Shown here in pieces: positions 1 to 12,534 of a DNA stretch of 51,042 bases; within the stretch, counting starts at the first letter, position 1, and each line of letters opens with the position of its first letter. The notes under the pieces were generated by a model, which worked only from the letters and a program-made list of their open reading frames with translations, ran no database searches and had not been told where the DNA came from. The DNA is taken from the NCBI GenBank assembly GCA_032718475.1, contig JAUCBJ010001567.1:1-51042 (forward strand). Direction: 5' to 3'. Made by a program: the position numbers and the translations under genes. Origin of the DNA: Nemertoderma westbladi (taxonomy: Eukaryota; Animalia; Xenacoelomorpha).

Positions 1-248
1 TGAGATAGTATCTCCGGGCCGGACTTAGTATCTCAGGGCCTGAGATAGTATCTCCGGGCCGGACTTAGTATCTCTGGGCCAGACTTAGTATCTCCGGGCC
101 TGAGATAGTATCTCCGGGCCGGACTTAGTATCTCAGGGCCTGAGATAGTATCTCCGGGCCGGACTTAGTATCTCCGGGCCTTAGATAGTATCTCCGGGCC
201 GGACTTAGTATCTCCGGGCCTGAGATAGTATCTCCGGGCCGGACTTAG
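1..248. repeat. 20-bp tandem repeat with two alternating variants (40-bp higher-order unit), truncated by the window start
   Basis: Units tgagatagtatctccgggcc and ggacttagtatctccgggcc are directly visible, about 12 copies. Confidence 0.95.
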
Positions 249-404
249 AAAAAAAAGGGGGAAAGGGGGGCTCCGTACAAACAACCCTGGTTGAAAAATG
301 ATTGTTTAACAACTATTTAGGTCAATGAAAATAATCATGCTGTATTCATTAACTAAATTCACTAAAGAGAAAAAGTGATATTTAAAATGACATTTCAGAC
401 AACA

Positions 405-418
405 GTTACCATGGCAAC
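405..418. promoter_or_regulatory. RFX X-box motif
   Basis: GTTACCATGGCAAC matches the palindromic X-box consensus. No target gene is visible nearby. Confidence 0.35.
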
Positions 419-618
419 TGATGCAATTAATGATGACTTCGACGCAAACTGCCCGATGACGAAATTCTACCTGCCACAAAAAATAGTAATCCGTTTATTA
501 TATATGTTACCTTTTTTTTACTATTAATTTAATGTTTCTAAAATTTTATTTTATTAATACACCTGTACTACCGTTGTTGTATACAGTATCTACTGTAATA
601 ACAATGTAATAAGGGGTA

Positions 619-2257
619 GGCTGTATAACTGAGGGACCTTAAAATTCAGAGAGCATACCCTATATGGCTGACTAAACTAATATCAAGGTAAGAAATGCCC
701 ATTGGGGTAAAATTCAACAAACTGAGAAATGTGGGCAACCCGAAACATTTACCCGGTCTTACGTCGCTAGCGGCTTAAATAACTAAGCGGAAATTATCGC
801 GAACCCCTGTCAGTTAACTACACTTCCACTCACTGTATAAAGTCGATATTGGTATCATAAAAATTCAAATTAAAATTACTGGGGGTAGTTGTGGTCGTCT
901 AAATCATTCACCCAATATTTCGGAAACTACATGTAGATTTAGTTATTACTATAGTTACTAATAACTAAGGCGATTCATCTGCGGAACACCAAAATGTCAG
1001 TTTACATTCTTCTAGTCATTGTAAGAAGTCCTATATCCTCTTTACACCCACTAAATCAACCGTTGCAGTTCAAATCGGCTCAATATTGACTTCATACGAT
1101 GACTAGAAGAGTTGAAACTGGCGTTGTTGAGGTATTCCGGAACGAATCGTGCTCAGAGGTACAAGGTCGTAAAATATTAATGCTCCCAAATATTGGTGAA
1201 AACCAGCAAAACAACACTGAAAAAAGTAGCCAATTTGGTCAAAAATTATATCTGAAAAAGTAGCCAATTTGGTCAAAAATTATAGTGTTGATCCACTTTT
1301 TAAGCCAGCCAGTCAGAAAATATAAAATTTTAGCCCACACATATGTCGTCGCGACAGCTTACACTTACAGTGCATCATGTGTAATATAAATTCTTTAGCT
1401 CGTATCATTTTTGGTTCATTTGAACCGCAATCATCAATTTAGTTTTTAGTTTTTTTTTAATTTAGTTAGGGTGCACTAGTTGAACCTTAAAATATTAAGA
1501 GACGCCAAACCAACAAGTATTACATACCAATGATAATATAACTAACAGTTAACTATACTGGGTTAAAAACTATATTCAGATATTGGCTTAAAAATATAAA
1601 TAAGAATGATTTATAAAACCATGCCAACCTGTTCTTCCCACGCTAATGATTGCGATCGAACGAGCCCAAAATCAACACCATACGACCAATACAATTCAAG
1701 TGAAAGCTATCGCGATATATATGAGGGCCAAAATTTGGCTTTAATTGACTAAAAATACAATTAAAAATGATATTTAAACTATTCCAACTAGTCCTACCCC
1801 CACTAAATCGACCATTTCGGTTCTAAAGCACAAAATCAACTCCCTACGACCAACATAAAGTAATATTTGAAAGAATACTGCTCTTCGAGTAAATATGGGC
1901 TATCGCACCACCACTTTTGAGCTAAAATTTTGAGAACTTGACCAAAATATTTCAAAAAAAGTTTGTTACATCAACTTCTACCCCCACTAAATCAATGATT
2001 GTGGTTCAAATGAGCCTACAATCAGCCTTCTACGCTAAGGGGAAGTATCCGAACCATTAAAAATGCTTACTATTGAAATATACTAAACAAATTTTCATGG
2101 CGCTATAGAAGAAGTCCTCTTAAAAAGGCTGCCCACATTTCTTATTTTCACTTATGACGTTGTTGACATTAATTTTCACCTACAGATCTTTTGGATCAGG
2201 TTACAGGTATGCTCTAGCTTTTCTGGAGTTATCACTCAAAAATTCTCTCATACAGCC
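619..2257. mobile_element. putative non-autonomous DNA transposon, about 1.6 kb
   Basis: Termini GGCTGTAT...ATACAGCC, each flanked by TA. Subterminal inverted match gaaatgtgggcaacc (~726-740) with ggctgcccacatttc (~2127-2141). Internal repeated cccactaaatc motifs, no ORF. Confidence 0.4.
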
Positions 2258-2329
2258 TACAAAAAAAACAAAATATACTTTAGATATTAATTATATTGCC
2301 TAAATATTCCATTTTAAAGAATATAGTGT

Positions 2330-3085
2330 TAGATCAGGACTACTGACCTCTGGTGGTCTTTGATAAAGACAACCTGCTGCGCTGTACCTCCATGCAGTAA
2401 ATGGGGTGCCATCATGGTTTTATGTGCCATCCAGGTGTTTGTAGCATTAGAAGCAGCAAAGATCAACGCACTGCTGCACGGAAAATGCGTACCTTTAAAG
2501 AGCACGTGATATCACAACTACTCCAGATGCTGGATAACCGTAGGATGCAGCAGACCAGATCTTTCCTTTGCGCATTCGGAAATCTTCACCAGACATCCAA
2601 ACCAATCATCCATTCACATGACTTACCAGTCCATCCAGGAATGTGGAATCCATGAATGTTTTCACGATAAACTTTCTGCTTGTCTGAATCAAATATTTAC
2701 TGTCACAGTTTTGGTCTTTGAGCTATTTACTAAAAGTCCAACATTGTATGCCTCCTCCTCTAATCTAGATAAGCTCTCCCTCCAATGTCACTGATAGGAC
2801 AGTAAACCAAGGTCATCAGCATAGGCTTAGTCAAGATGTGAGAACATGGGAACATCATCTACTGTAGTTACTAGTTCTCATGCATAGGAACACTCGACTA
2901 TGAGTACCTCATGGTAGAGATATTTCAAGAGTTGTCTTAAACATTATAGTCCACCAGAATATTGAAGAAGAAGTAGACTAATGTCTCCGCGAAGGACACC
3001 CCAGTGGATACGAAGATCGTGGAACCGCACAACTGATCTGTTTGCATTATTGATCTCATCGGGAATCACATATAAATGCCATTCA
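2330..3085 (-). pseudogene. highly decayed RTE-clade LINE reverse transcriptase remnant
   Basis: Minus-strand translation gives GVLRGD, AYADDLGLL, EEEAYNVGLLVNSSKTK, SGEDFRMRKGKIWSA and LKVRIFRAAV, colinear with the RTE copy at 7177-8635 but with many frameshifts. Confidence 0.75.
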
Positions 3086-3147
3086 TTTTATTAAACCCAA
3101 ACTTAAACCAGTAGCAGGCCTTAAGTGTAGTACATGATAGAACATCG

Positions 3148-4410
3148 TACCGTTACTCGAACATGCACCCCCTCGAATCCTCAAACAAACCTCGAATAAA
3201 CCCCCACCTCCAATAAACGCCTATCCCGAATAAACGCCCACCGCAAATGAACGCCCCCCACGATCACGAATAAACCCCCACCTCGAATAAACCCCCACCT
3301 CGAATAAACGCCTATCGCGAATAAACCCCCACCTCAAATAAACTCCCACCTCCAATAAACGCCTATCCCGAATAAACCCTCACCTCGAACAAAACGACAA
3401 CCTTGACTAAACGCCTATCCCGAATAAACGCCCACCGCGAATAAACGCCCACATCGAATAAACGCCCATAAACGCCACCCCCGAGTAAGCGCCCAACTTG
3501 AATAAAAGGCATCTCGAATAAACGCCCCCCTCCATTAAAAGCCCTCCTCGAATAAACGCCCACCGCAAATGAACGCCCCCCACGATCACGAATAAACGCC
3601 CACCTCGAATAAACTCCCACCTCATATAAACCCCCACCTCCAATAAACGCCTATCCCTAATAAACCCCCACCTCGAATAAACGTCCACCGCGAATAAACG
3701 TCCACCGCGAATAAACCCCCACCTCGAATAAACACCCACCTCGAATAAACGCCTATCCCGAATCAACTCCCACCTCGAACAAAACGCCCACCTTGACTAA
3801 ACGCCTATCCCGAATAAACGCCCACCGCGAATAAACGCCCACATCGAATAAACGCCCATACACGCCACCCCCGAGTAAGCGCGCAACTTGAATAAAAGGC
3901 ATCTCGAATAAACGCCACCCCCGAGTAAGCGCCCAACTTGAATAAAAGGCATCTCGAATAAACGCACCCCTCCATTAAAAGCCCTCCTCGAATAAACGCC
4001 CACCGCAAAAGAACACCCCCCACGATCACGAATAAACGCCCACCTCGAATAAACCCCCACCTCGAATAAACGCCTATCCCGAATAAACCCCCACCTCGAA
4101 TAAACGCCCACCTTGACTAAACGCCTATCCCAAATAAACTCCCACCGCGAATAAACGCCCACATCGAGTAAACGCCCATAAACGCCACCCCCGAATAAGC
4201 GCCAAAATTGAATAAACGGCCATTTCGAATAAACGCCCCCACGAATAAACGCCCCCCTCCATTAAACGCCCTCCTCGAATAAACGCCCACCGCAAATAAA
4301 CGCCCCCCACGATCACGAATAAACGCCCCCCTGGAATAAACGGTAACCTCGAATAAACGCCCACCTCGATTAAACGCCCACCTCGAATAAACGCACACCA
4401 TGAATTAACG
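3148..4410. repeat. degenerate ~15-17-bp tandem array (aataaacgcccacctcg) with duplicated ~260-300-bp blocks
   Basis: Unit is visible throughout. Blocks starting ~3405, ~3790 and ~4110 are similar. The array opens with taccgttactcgaa, which resembles a TACCGT-type MITE terminus. Confidence 0.9.
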
Positions 4411-4462
4411 CCAGACGGAAAGCAACACCCATAGGACTACTGGTTTGTCCTAATAGCCCGGT

Positions 4463-4623
4463 AGAGACGCCTCATAGAGGACACTGACCTTGAAGATCCT
4501 GACGATCTAGCAAATAACGTGGTTGATAGGGAGTTGTGGCGACGCAATTTGGTCGACAATGCGGCACAGCATTCTTAATATATATGTGATATATATAATG
4601 CAGTCTCAATGCAGCATGCCGAT
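4463..4623 (+). mobile_element. 3' end fragment of an RTE LINE, older copy of the 7177-8635 family
   Basis: gagacgcctcatagaggacactgaccttgaagat...gcacagcattcttaa...caatgcagcatgccgat aligns with 8481-8623. Confidence 0.8.
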
Positions 4624-4829
4624 AGGCAAAGTTAAGCAAGTTTGACATACAGTTACCACTATTACCCGTTGCCTATACGACCTCTCTAGCGAGAGACTGT
4701 AGCACTACTGGTTCTATTTCAGTCTTCCGTCAGATTAAATGTCTACCAATTTTGCTTTTGGTTTAATTTCATCAAAGATTGACTGCGTTATTAGCCGAGA
4801 AATATTAGGCGACAGACAGACAGACCGCC

Positions 4830-4907
4830 CAGTGGCGGATCCAAGGAGGGCCGGGGGGGTGGGGGGGCAGTTGCCCCCCCCCCCCGGATATTCTGGATCC
4901 GCGCCTG
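4830..4907. mobile_element. short hAT-like MITE
   Basis: Imperfect TIRs CAGTGGCGGATCCA...TGGATCCGCGCCTG around G/C tracts. TSD is degenerate. Confidence 0.55.
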
Positions 4908-4961
4908 GTCCGACCGCAGGGCAACAGTTGAGACAGCGAGCGGTATCCGTATTCCAAGCTG

Positions 4962-7176
4962 GCTTACATCGTCGCTCACACCACATGCAACTGAAAGCTT
5001 ACATCGTCGCTCACACCACATGGAACTGAACGCTTACATCGTCGCTCTCACACCACATGCAACTGAAAGCTCACATCGTCGCTCACACCACATGCAACTG
5101 AAAGCTTACATCGTCGCTCACACCACATGGAACTGAAAGCTCACATCGTCGCTCACACCACATGCAACAGAAAGCTTACATCGTCGCTCACATAACATGC
5201 AACTAAAAGCTTCCATCGTCGCTCACACCACACGCAACTGAAAGCTTACATCGTCGCTCACACCACATGCAACTGAAAGCTTACATCGTCGCTCACACCA
5301 CATGCAACTGAAAGCTCACATCGTCGCTCACACCACATGCAACTGAAAGCTCACATCGTCGCTCACACCACATGCAACAGAAAGCTTACATCGTCGCTCA
5401 CATAACATGCAACTAAAAGCTTCTATCGTCGCTCACACCACATGCAACAGAAAGCTTACATCGTCGCTCACATAACATGCAACTAAAAGCTTCTATCGTC
5501 GCTCACACCACATGCAACTGAAAGCTTACATCGTCGCTCACATAACATGCAACTGAAAGCTTACATCGTCGCTCACACCACATGCAACTGAAAACTCACA
5601 TCGTCGCTCACACCACATGCAACAGAAAGCTTACATCGTCGTTCACACCACATGCAACTGAAAGCTTACATCGTCGTTCACACCACATGCAACTGAAAGC
5701 TTACATCATCGCTCACACCACATGCAACTAAAAGCTTCCATCGTTGCTCACACCACATGCAACTGAAAGCTTACATCGTCGCTCACATAACATGCAACTG
5801 AAAGCTTACATCGTCGCTCAAACCACATGCAACTGAAAGCTTACATCGTCGCTCGCACTACATGCAACTGAAAGCTTACATCGTCGCTCACATAACATGC
5901 AACTGAAAGCTTACATCGTCGCTCACACCACATGCAACTGAAAACTCACATCGTCGCTCACACCACATGCAACAGAAAGCTTACATCGTCGCTCACACCA
6001 CATGCAACTGAAAGCTTACATCGTCGCTCACACCACATGCAACTGAAAGCTTACATCGTCGCTCACACCACATGCAACTAAAAGCTTCCATCGTTGCTCA
6101 CACCACATGCAACTGAAAGCTTACATCGTCGCTCACATAACATGCAACTGAAAGCTTACATCGTCGCTCAAACCACATGCAACTGAAAGCTTACATCGTC
6201 GCTCGCACTACATGCAATAGAAAGCTTACATCGTCGCTCACACCACATGCAAATGAAAGCTTACATCGTCGGTCACACCACATGCAACTGAAAGCTTACA
6301 TCGTCGCTCACATAACATGCAACTGAAAGCTTACATCGTCGCTCACACCACATGCAACTGAAAGCTTACATCGTCGCTCGCACCACATGCAACAGAACGC
6401 TTACATCGTCGCTCACATAACATGCAACTGAAATCTTACATCGTCGCTCACACCACATGCAACTGAAAGCTTACATCGTCGCTCACATAACATGCAACTG
6501 AAAGCTTACATCGACGCCCTCACCACATGTAACTGAAACCTTACATCGTCGCTCAAACCACAAGCAACTGAAAGCTTACATCGTCGCTCGCACCACATGC
6601 AACTGAAAGCTCACATCGTCGCTTACACCACATGCAACTGAAAGCTTACATTGTCGCTCGCACCACATGCAATAGAAAGCTTACATCGTCGCTCACACCA
6701 CATGCAAATGAAAGCTAACATTATCGCTCACACCACATGCAACTGAAAGCTGATATCGTCGCTCACACCACACGCAACTCAGAGCTTACATCGTCGCTCA
6801 CACCACATGTAACTGAACTCTTACATCGTCGCTCACACCACATACAACTGAAAGCTTACATCGTCGCACGCACCACATGCAACTGAACACTTGCATCGTC
6901 GCTCACACCACATGCAACTGAAAGCTTACATCGTCGCTTGCACCACATGCAACTGAAAGCTTACATCGTCGCTCGCACCACATGCAATTGAAAGCTTAAA
7001 TTGACGCTCACATCACATGCAACAGAAAGCTTACATCATCGCTCACACCACATGCAAATGAAAGCTTACATCGTCGCTCGCACCACGTGCAACTGAACGC
7101 TTACATTGTCGCTCACACCACATGCAACTGAAAGCTTATATCATCGCTCACACCACATGCAACTGATAGCTTCATC
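4962..7176. repeat. 35-bp minisatellite, about 63 copies
   Basis: Unit aaagcttacatcgtcgctcacaccacatgcaactg repeated head to tail with no spacers. Confidence 0.97.
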
Positions 7177-8635
7177 GTAGACATGTAACGAACAACAAGA
7201 GTCCCACGAGAACTGAAAACAAATAAGATGGTGCCAGTTCCCAAGAAGGGCAACCTAACACTCTATGGTTCTTTTCGGGGAATCTCATTGATCTCGATAG
7301 CTGCAAAGCTATACAATAGAATTCTATTAAATCGCATCAGGGATCCCATTTAGAGACTGCTCCGTGGAAATCAGAATGGGTTCCGTAAAGGCCGTGGGAC
7401 CATGGAGCCCTTTTGGCACTTAGAAGGATAATTGAAGAGTAATCAAAAAAGAAAGACAGGCATCTATGTGGCTGTTATCTTTGTTGACTTCTTCAAGGCC
7501 TTTGATTCAGTCTCTCGCTCACGTATGTTCAGCATACCTTCATTATATGGAATTCCTGATGAAATTATTGCAGCAATCAGATCAGTATACGATGGTTCGA
7601 CAACATTTGTGTCTACTGTTGACGGTGACACAGAACCATTTGAAGTGTTATGGGGCGTCCTCCAAGGAGACACACTTGCACCATTCTTGTTCATAATTGT
7701 TGTTGACTATGTTCTACGCATCTCCTTAGATCATCATAATGATGATGGGGTGATAACTCCACCTACTGGCTCCAGAAGTCGAGAAAATCCTGCCAAGTAC
7801 CTAACTGATCTAGACTTTGCTGATGACTTAGAAGTACTCTCAGAATCACTAGAGGGAGCCCAACGGCTCCTCAGCTCATTAGAACATGCTGCTTCTAGTG
7901 TTGGTCTTTTTATTAACTCCAGAAAGACCAAAATGTTGACAGTTAACTTTGAAAGTCCTCAGCAAGTCTCTGATCGGATGAGCATAAGCTCAAAAGATGG
8001 TATGCTTGAGCGTGTGGATGACTTCTGTTACCTGGGATCATGGATCCGATAGTCAGGTGAGGACCTTCGAATACGAAAGGGAAAGGCATGGGCAGCCTTG
8101 AATAGGCTTTCCAGGATTTGGAAGTCACCGAGAATTAATAGGAAACTTAAGGTCCGATTATTTAGAGCAGCAGTAGTTCCAGTACTCCTCTACGGGAGTC
8201 CATGCTGGGCTCTAACTGCTGAGGACACCAAATCTCTGGATGGCACATTCACAAGAATGCTACGCCGGGTTCATTGTGTCAAGTACAATGCACACATCTC
8301 CAACTAGACACTATATAACATTGGAGTTGTCTCATTGGTTTCCCCAAGCTTGACACTAGAACAAAATCGCCTCCGCTTTGCAGGACATTGCTTTCGCCGT
8401 GAGGACCAGCCAGTGCATAATCTTGTACTTTGGCAGCCTCATGGAGTGAATAAGCATGGCGGACAGCCCATGACTTTCTTGAGACGCTTCTTAAAGGACA
8501 CTGGCCTTGAAGATGCGGATGATCTAGCAAATGTCATGGGTGATAGGGAGTTGAGGCGGTGCAATTTTGTCGATAAGCCGGCACAGCATTCTTAAAAATG
8601 CAGCTGCAATGCAGCATGCCGATCCTAGTAGTAGT
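7177..8635 (+). mobile_element. 5'-truncated RTE-clade LINE with disrupted RT
   Basis: RT motifs PKKGNL..RGISL, QNGFR, FVDFFKAFDSV, GVLQGDTLAPFLF, DFADD, YLGS. In-frame TAG stops at ~7351, 8050 and 8305 plus a frameshift. (TAG)n tail. Flanks aactgatagcttcatc and aactgaaagcttacatc look like a TSD. Confidence 0.92.
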
Positions 8636-9298
8636 AACTGAAAGCTTACATCACTAACTGTCTTTCCCAAAATATATATGAGTGAAGGCGATGCTATCAG
8701 TTTGTTATAAACTAGTTGTAAAAACAGAGATCCATTTCAGTTTGCCCTTACACACTTTAACTGTCATTTGTAAACCTTCTAACTAGTGCTATTTAAGTTA
8801 AGTATGACATTTTTAGTTTTACAATACTCTTATCCTTCATTCGCCTCGTTTCGCTCGTCCTGTTTAGTCTTAAAACAATTTCCATAAACTGAGACTAACG
8901 ACCTTTATAACTGTGCAAAATCTCGAAAATATGAGAGTAACTGATGGATACTCGTATCCACTGTAAACTCATTGCGTTCGTTCGTTTTTGACCAAACTTG
9001 AGATTCTTTCTAAACTTTTGCCGGACTACATACGTACCAAGCTTCGTTTAATTTCAACAAGGAATAACCGAGTTATTAGCGATCAAAAATTTACGACGAC
9101 GAGGTTGACGGCAAACGACGACGACAGACAACTCGTTAATGGTATCCATATGCTAGGGCTTCGCTCACTTCGTGGTTCGCCCCACATAATACATACGCCC
9201 CGTCTATCCTCCACCTCGACGCAACTGATGAATAGTGCTAGTTATCCGGTATCTCATATCTATATTTTCAATTCAAACCGCCCAGCCCAAGATTATTT

Positions 9299-9311
9299 GT
9301 TACCTGGCAAC
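9299..9311. promoter_or_regulatory. RFX X-box motif in the candidate calmodulin promoter region
   Basis: GTTACC-T-GGCAAC, with a TATA-like tatataag at ~9392 and strong donors downstream (GTAAGT at 9606, CAG|GTAGGT at 9755). Confidence 0.35.
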
Positions 9312-9699
9312 ATAGTATAATAAAAGCATCAGATTTAGTAGTAACTAATTATATGCTTAACGTCTATTTATAGACTTGCTATACAATTCAATATATAAGT
9401 GCCGCATTGCGGGAAATTTTTTCTATGTAAGATGTAACTGCCAAGATTATAACGACCGAGCGACAAAAGTAATGAGTTGTAAATCCCAGAGCCAAGCGCA
9501 AGGGCCCATAATGCAACACATTGTCATTCATATATGTACACCCCGCGTAAATAATAAGCATAACAAAGTGAACAGGTTGCAGACGGGTTTTATTCTTGTT
9601 TATCCGTAAGTGCTGTGTTATATACAGTGATCACGTCTAAAAGCAAATATTATTGTAAAATACATTGTCTACCATTCTTAAAGTTTAAAACAAATAGTT

Positions 9700-9754
9700 T
9701 ATTTTTTTTAAATTTATTTTTTACTTCTTGTCTACCGAAACATCACATTAACAG
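9700..9754 (+). other. candidate non-coding 5'UTR exon of calmodulin (start unknown)
   Basis: Strong donor acag|gtaggt at 9755. The CaM ATG is preceded by an acceptor at 12290 that needs an upstream donor or a spliced leader. Confidence 0.25.
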
Positions 9755-10095
9755 GTAGGTCTATTTATTACATTATTTATTTTTCAGTGTAATGTAGGAA
9801 TTATCTCATGCGTTGTACGCCCCGAAAACCGACTCTCAGTTTGAATTCGGTTAATCTTTTGGGGTGATGGTACAGGGAGACAACCTGCGAACACCAGAGA
9901 GGCGGGGGGGGGGGGGGGGGGATTTCGACACAATCAAAATGCATCCCTCTCTAGGGGAAAATCATCCTGTTCTCTTGACTTTAGTTTATTGTTTTGGTTA
10001 GAATACGTTACACTGGAACCTTCACCTTTCCCTTAATGAATAATTTAACATTGATACAAATATTACTTCACCGAGATGCGATTTCGTTAATTCCC

Positions 10096-11745
10096 CCCTT
10101 AGTACTCCAGCCTGCCTGTGACCCCAACCCTTAGTACAGACTCCAGCCTGCCTGTGACCCCAACCCTTAGTACAGACTCCAGCCTGCCTGTGACCCCAAC
10201 CCTTAATACAGACTCCAGCCTGCCTGTGACCCCAACCCTTAGTATAGACTCCAGCCTGCCTGTGACCCCAACCCTTAATACAGACTCCAGCCTGCCTGTG
10301 ACCCCAACCCTTAGTACAGACTCCAGCCTGCCTGTGACCCCAACCCTTAGTACAGACTCCAGCCTGCCTGTGACCCCAACCCTTAGTACAGACTCCAGCC
10401 TGCCTGCGACCCCAACCCTTAGTACAGACTCCAGCCTGCCTTTGACCCCAACCCTTAGTACAGACTCCAGCCTGTCTGTGACCCCAACCCTTAGTACAGA
10501 CTCCAGCCTGCCTGTGACCCCAACCCTTAGTACAGACTCCAGCCTGCCTGTGACCCCAACCATTAGTACAGACTCCAGCCTGCCTGTGACCCCAACCCTT
10601 AGTACAGACTCCAGCCTGCCTGTGACCCCAACCCTTAGTACAGACTCCAGCCTGTCTGTGACCCCAACCATTAGTACAGACTCCAGCCTGCCTGTGACCC
10701 CAACCCTTAGTACAGACTCCAGCCTGCCTGTGACCCCAACCCTTAGTACAGACTCCAGCCTGCCTGCGACCCCAACCCTTAGTACAGACTCCAGCCTGTC
10801 TGTGACCCCAACCCTTAGTACAGACTCCAGCCTGCCTGTGACCCCAACCCTTAGTATAGACTCCAGCCTGCCTGTGACCCCAACCCTTAATACAGACTCC
10901 AGCCTGCCTGTGACCCCAACCCTTAATACAGACTCCAGCCTGCCTGTGACCCCAACCCTTAGTACAGACTCCAGCCTGCCTGTGACCCCAACCCTTAGTA
11001 CAGACTCCAGCCTGTCTGTCACCCCAACCCTTAGTACAGACACCAGCCTGCCTGTGACCCCAACCCTTAGTACAGACTCCAGCCTGCCTGTGACCCCAAC
11101 CCTTAGTACAGACTCCAGCCTGCCTGTGACCCCAACGCTTAGTACAGACTCCAGCCTGCCTGTGACCCCAACCCTTAGTACAGACTCCAGCCTGTCTGTC
11201 ACCCCAACCCTTAGTACAGACACCAGCCTGCCTGTGACCCCAACCCTTAGTACAGACTCCAGCCTGCCTGTGACCCCAACCCTTAATACAGACTCCAGCC
11301 TGCCTGTGACCCCAACCCTTAATACAGACTCCAGCCTGCCTGTGACCCCAACCCTTAGTACAGACTCCAGTCTGTCTGTCACCCCAACCCTTAGTACAGA
11401 CACCAGCCTGCCTGTGACCCCAACCCTTAGTACAGACTCCAGCCTGCCTGTGACCCCAACCCTTAATACAGACTCCAGCCTGCCTGTGACCCCAACCCTT
11501 AATACAGACTCCAGCCTGCCTGTGACCCCAACCCTTAGTACAGACTCCAGCCTGCCTGTGACCCCGACCCTTAGTATAGACTCCAGCCTGCCTGTGACCC
11601 CAACCCTTAGTACAGACTCCAGCCTGCCTGTGACCCCAACCCTTAGTACAGACTCCAGCCTGCCTGTGACCCCAACCCTTAGTACAGACACCAGCCTGCC
11701 TGTGACCCCAACCCTTAGTACAGACTCCAGCCTGCCTGTGACCCC
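10096..11745. repeat. 36-bp minisatellite, about 46 copies
   Basis: Unit accccaacccttagtacagactccagcctgcctgtg, very homogeneous. Confidence 0.97.
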
Positions 11746-11824
11746 TAGATATAAATTTGGGTAGACTTCACCAGACGGTTGCGCTAGTATTTTAGAGGGT
11801 CCTTTAAACATAGCAAAGGATCAA

Positions 11825-11838
11825 ATTGCCATAGCAAC
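11825..11838. promoter_or_regulatory. X-box-like motif about 450 bp upstream of the CaM ATG
   Basis: ATTGCCATAGCAAC, one mismatch from GTTGCCATAGCAAC. Confidence 0.3.
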
Positions 11839-12180
11839 AGCTCTTATATTAGATAATATGACGAGTTCAATTTTATTGCAGCAGATTAGTATTTTGTATA
11901 TGAATTTAATGGCACATAGTCAACTAGGTGAAAACTACCTTGAAAGATAGCAATCTTGACAATATTCATAGCAACGGGCTTTGTAATACATATACAGCAA
12001 CAGCGGTCGTAGAGTCATGGGATATGAGTTACCACCATTACATGAAGTATAAGGGACAATATGCACTATTTTTCTGTTTATAATTGCAGTCTGTGACTGT
12101 AGATTTCGTATATATGATGCTTCTACGTCATTGGAATGACAATGTGAACCGAAAATCTTCTTCACCAGTCGTGGCTGTAA

Positions 12181-12255
12181 AATAATTATGAACAGTAATG
12201 GCGCCAATGTGTCATCTTGCGGGTACACCACACCATCCAGGATTGAGAATAACTC
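12181..12255 (-). pseudogene. short RTE RT fragment of the 29885-31385 family
   Basis: Reverse complement gagttattctcaatcctggatgg...caagatgacacattggcgccattactgttcataatt matches 30431-30496 (QGDTLAPLLF motif). Confidence 0.7.
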
Positions 12256-12291
12256 AAATAACACCTACTTTAAGTTTATCCTTCTTACAGA

Positions 12292-12469
12292 ATGACGTCA
12301 CAACTTAACGAAGAGCAGATAGGAGAGTTCAAGGAGGCTTTCTCACTGTTCGACAAAGATGGCGACGGGACAATCACAACTAAGGAGTTGGGAACAGTGA
12401 TGAGGTCATTGGGGCAAAATCCAACAGAACAGGAGTTACAGGATATGATAAACGAGGTAGATTCAGATG
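12292..12469 (+). CDS. CaM: calmodulin, coding exon 1 (M1-D59 plus first base of G60)
   Basis: [59 protein letters not shown]. Acceptor cttcttacag at 12290, phase-1 donor G|gtgagt at 12470. The three exons total 450 nt = 149 aa plus stop. Confidence 0.95.
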
Positions 12470-12534
12470 GTGAGTTAATTACATGACTGTTAGAATTAAA
12501 TTAAAATTAAATTTTTCTTTACCAAAATAATATT

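Noticed and set aside
3363-4401. Gly/Arg-rich minus-strand ORFs
   Set aside because: Translations of the aataaacgccc array.
4962-7176. CRISPR-like appearance of the 35-bp repeats
   Set aside because: No unique spacers, no cas genes, eukaryotic context.
10099-11811. 548-570-aa mucin-like ORFs (TPTLSTDSSLPV)n
   Set aside because: The 36-bp unit is open on both strands. The + ORF has no ATG, signal peptide or unique domain, and it lies in probable intron or upstream DNA.
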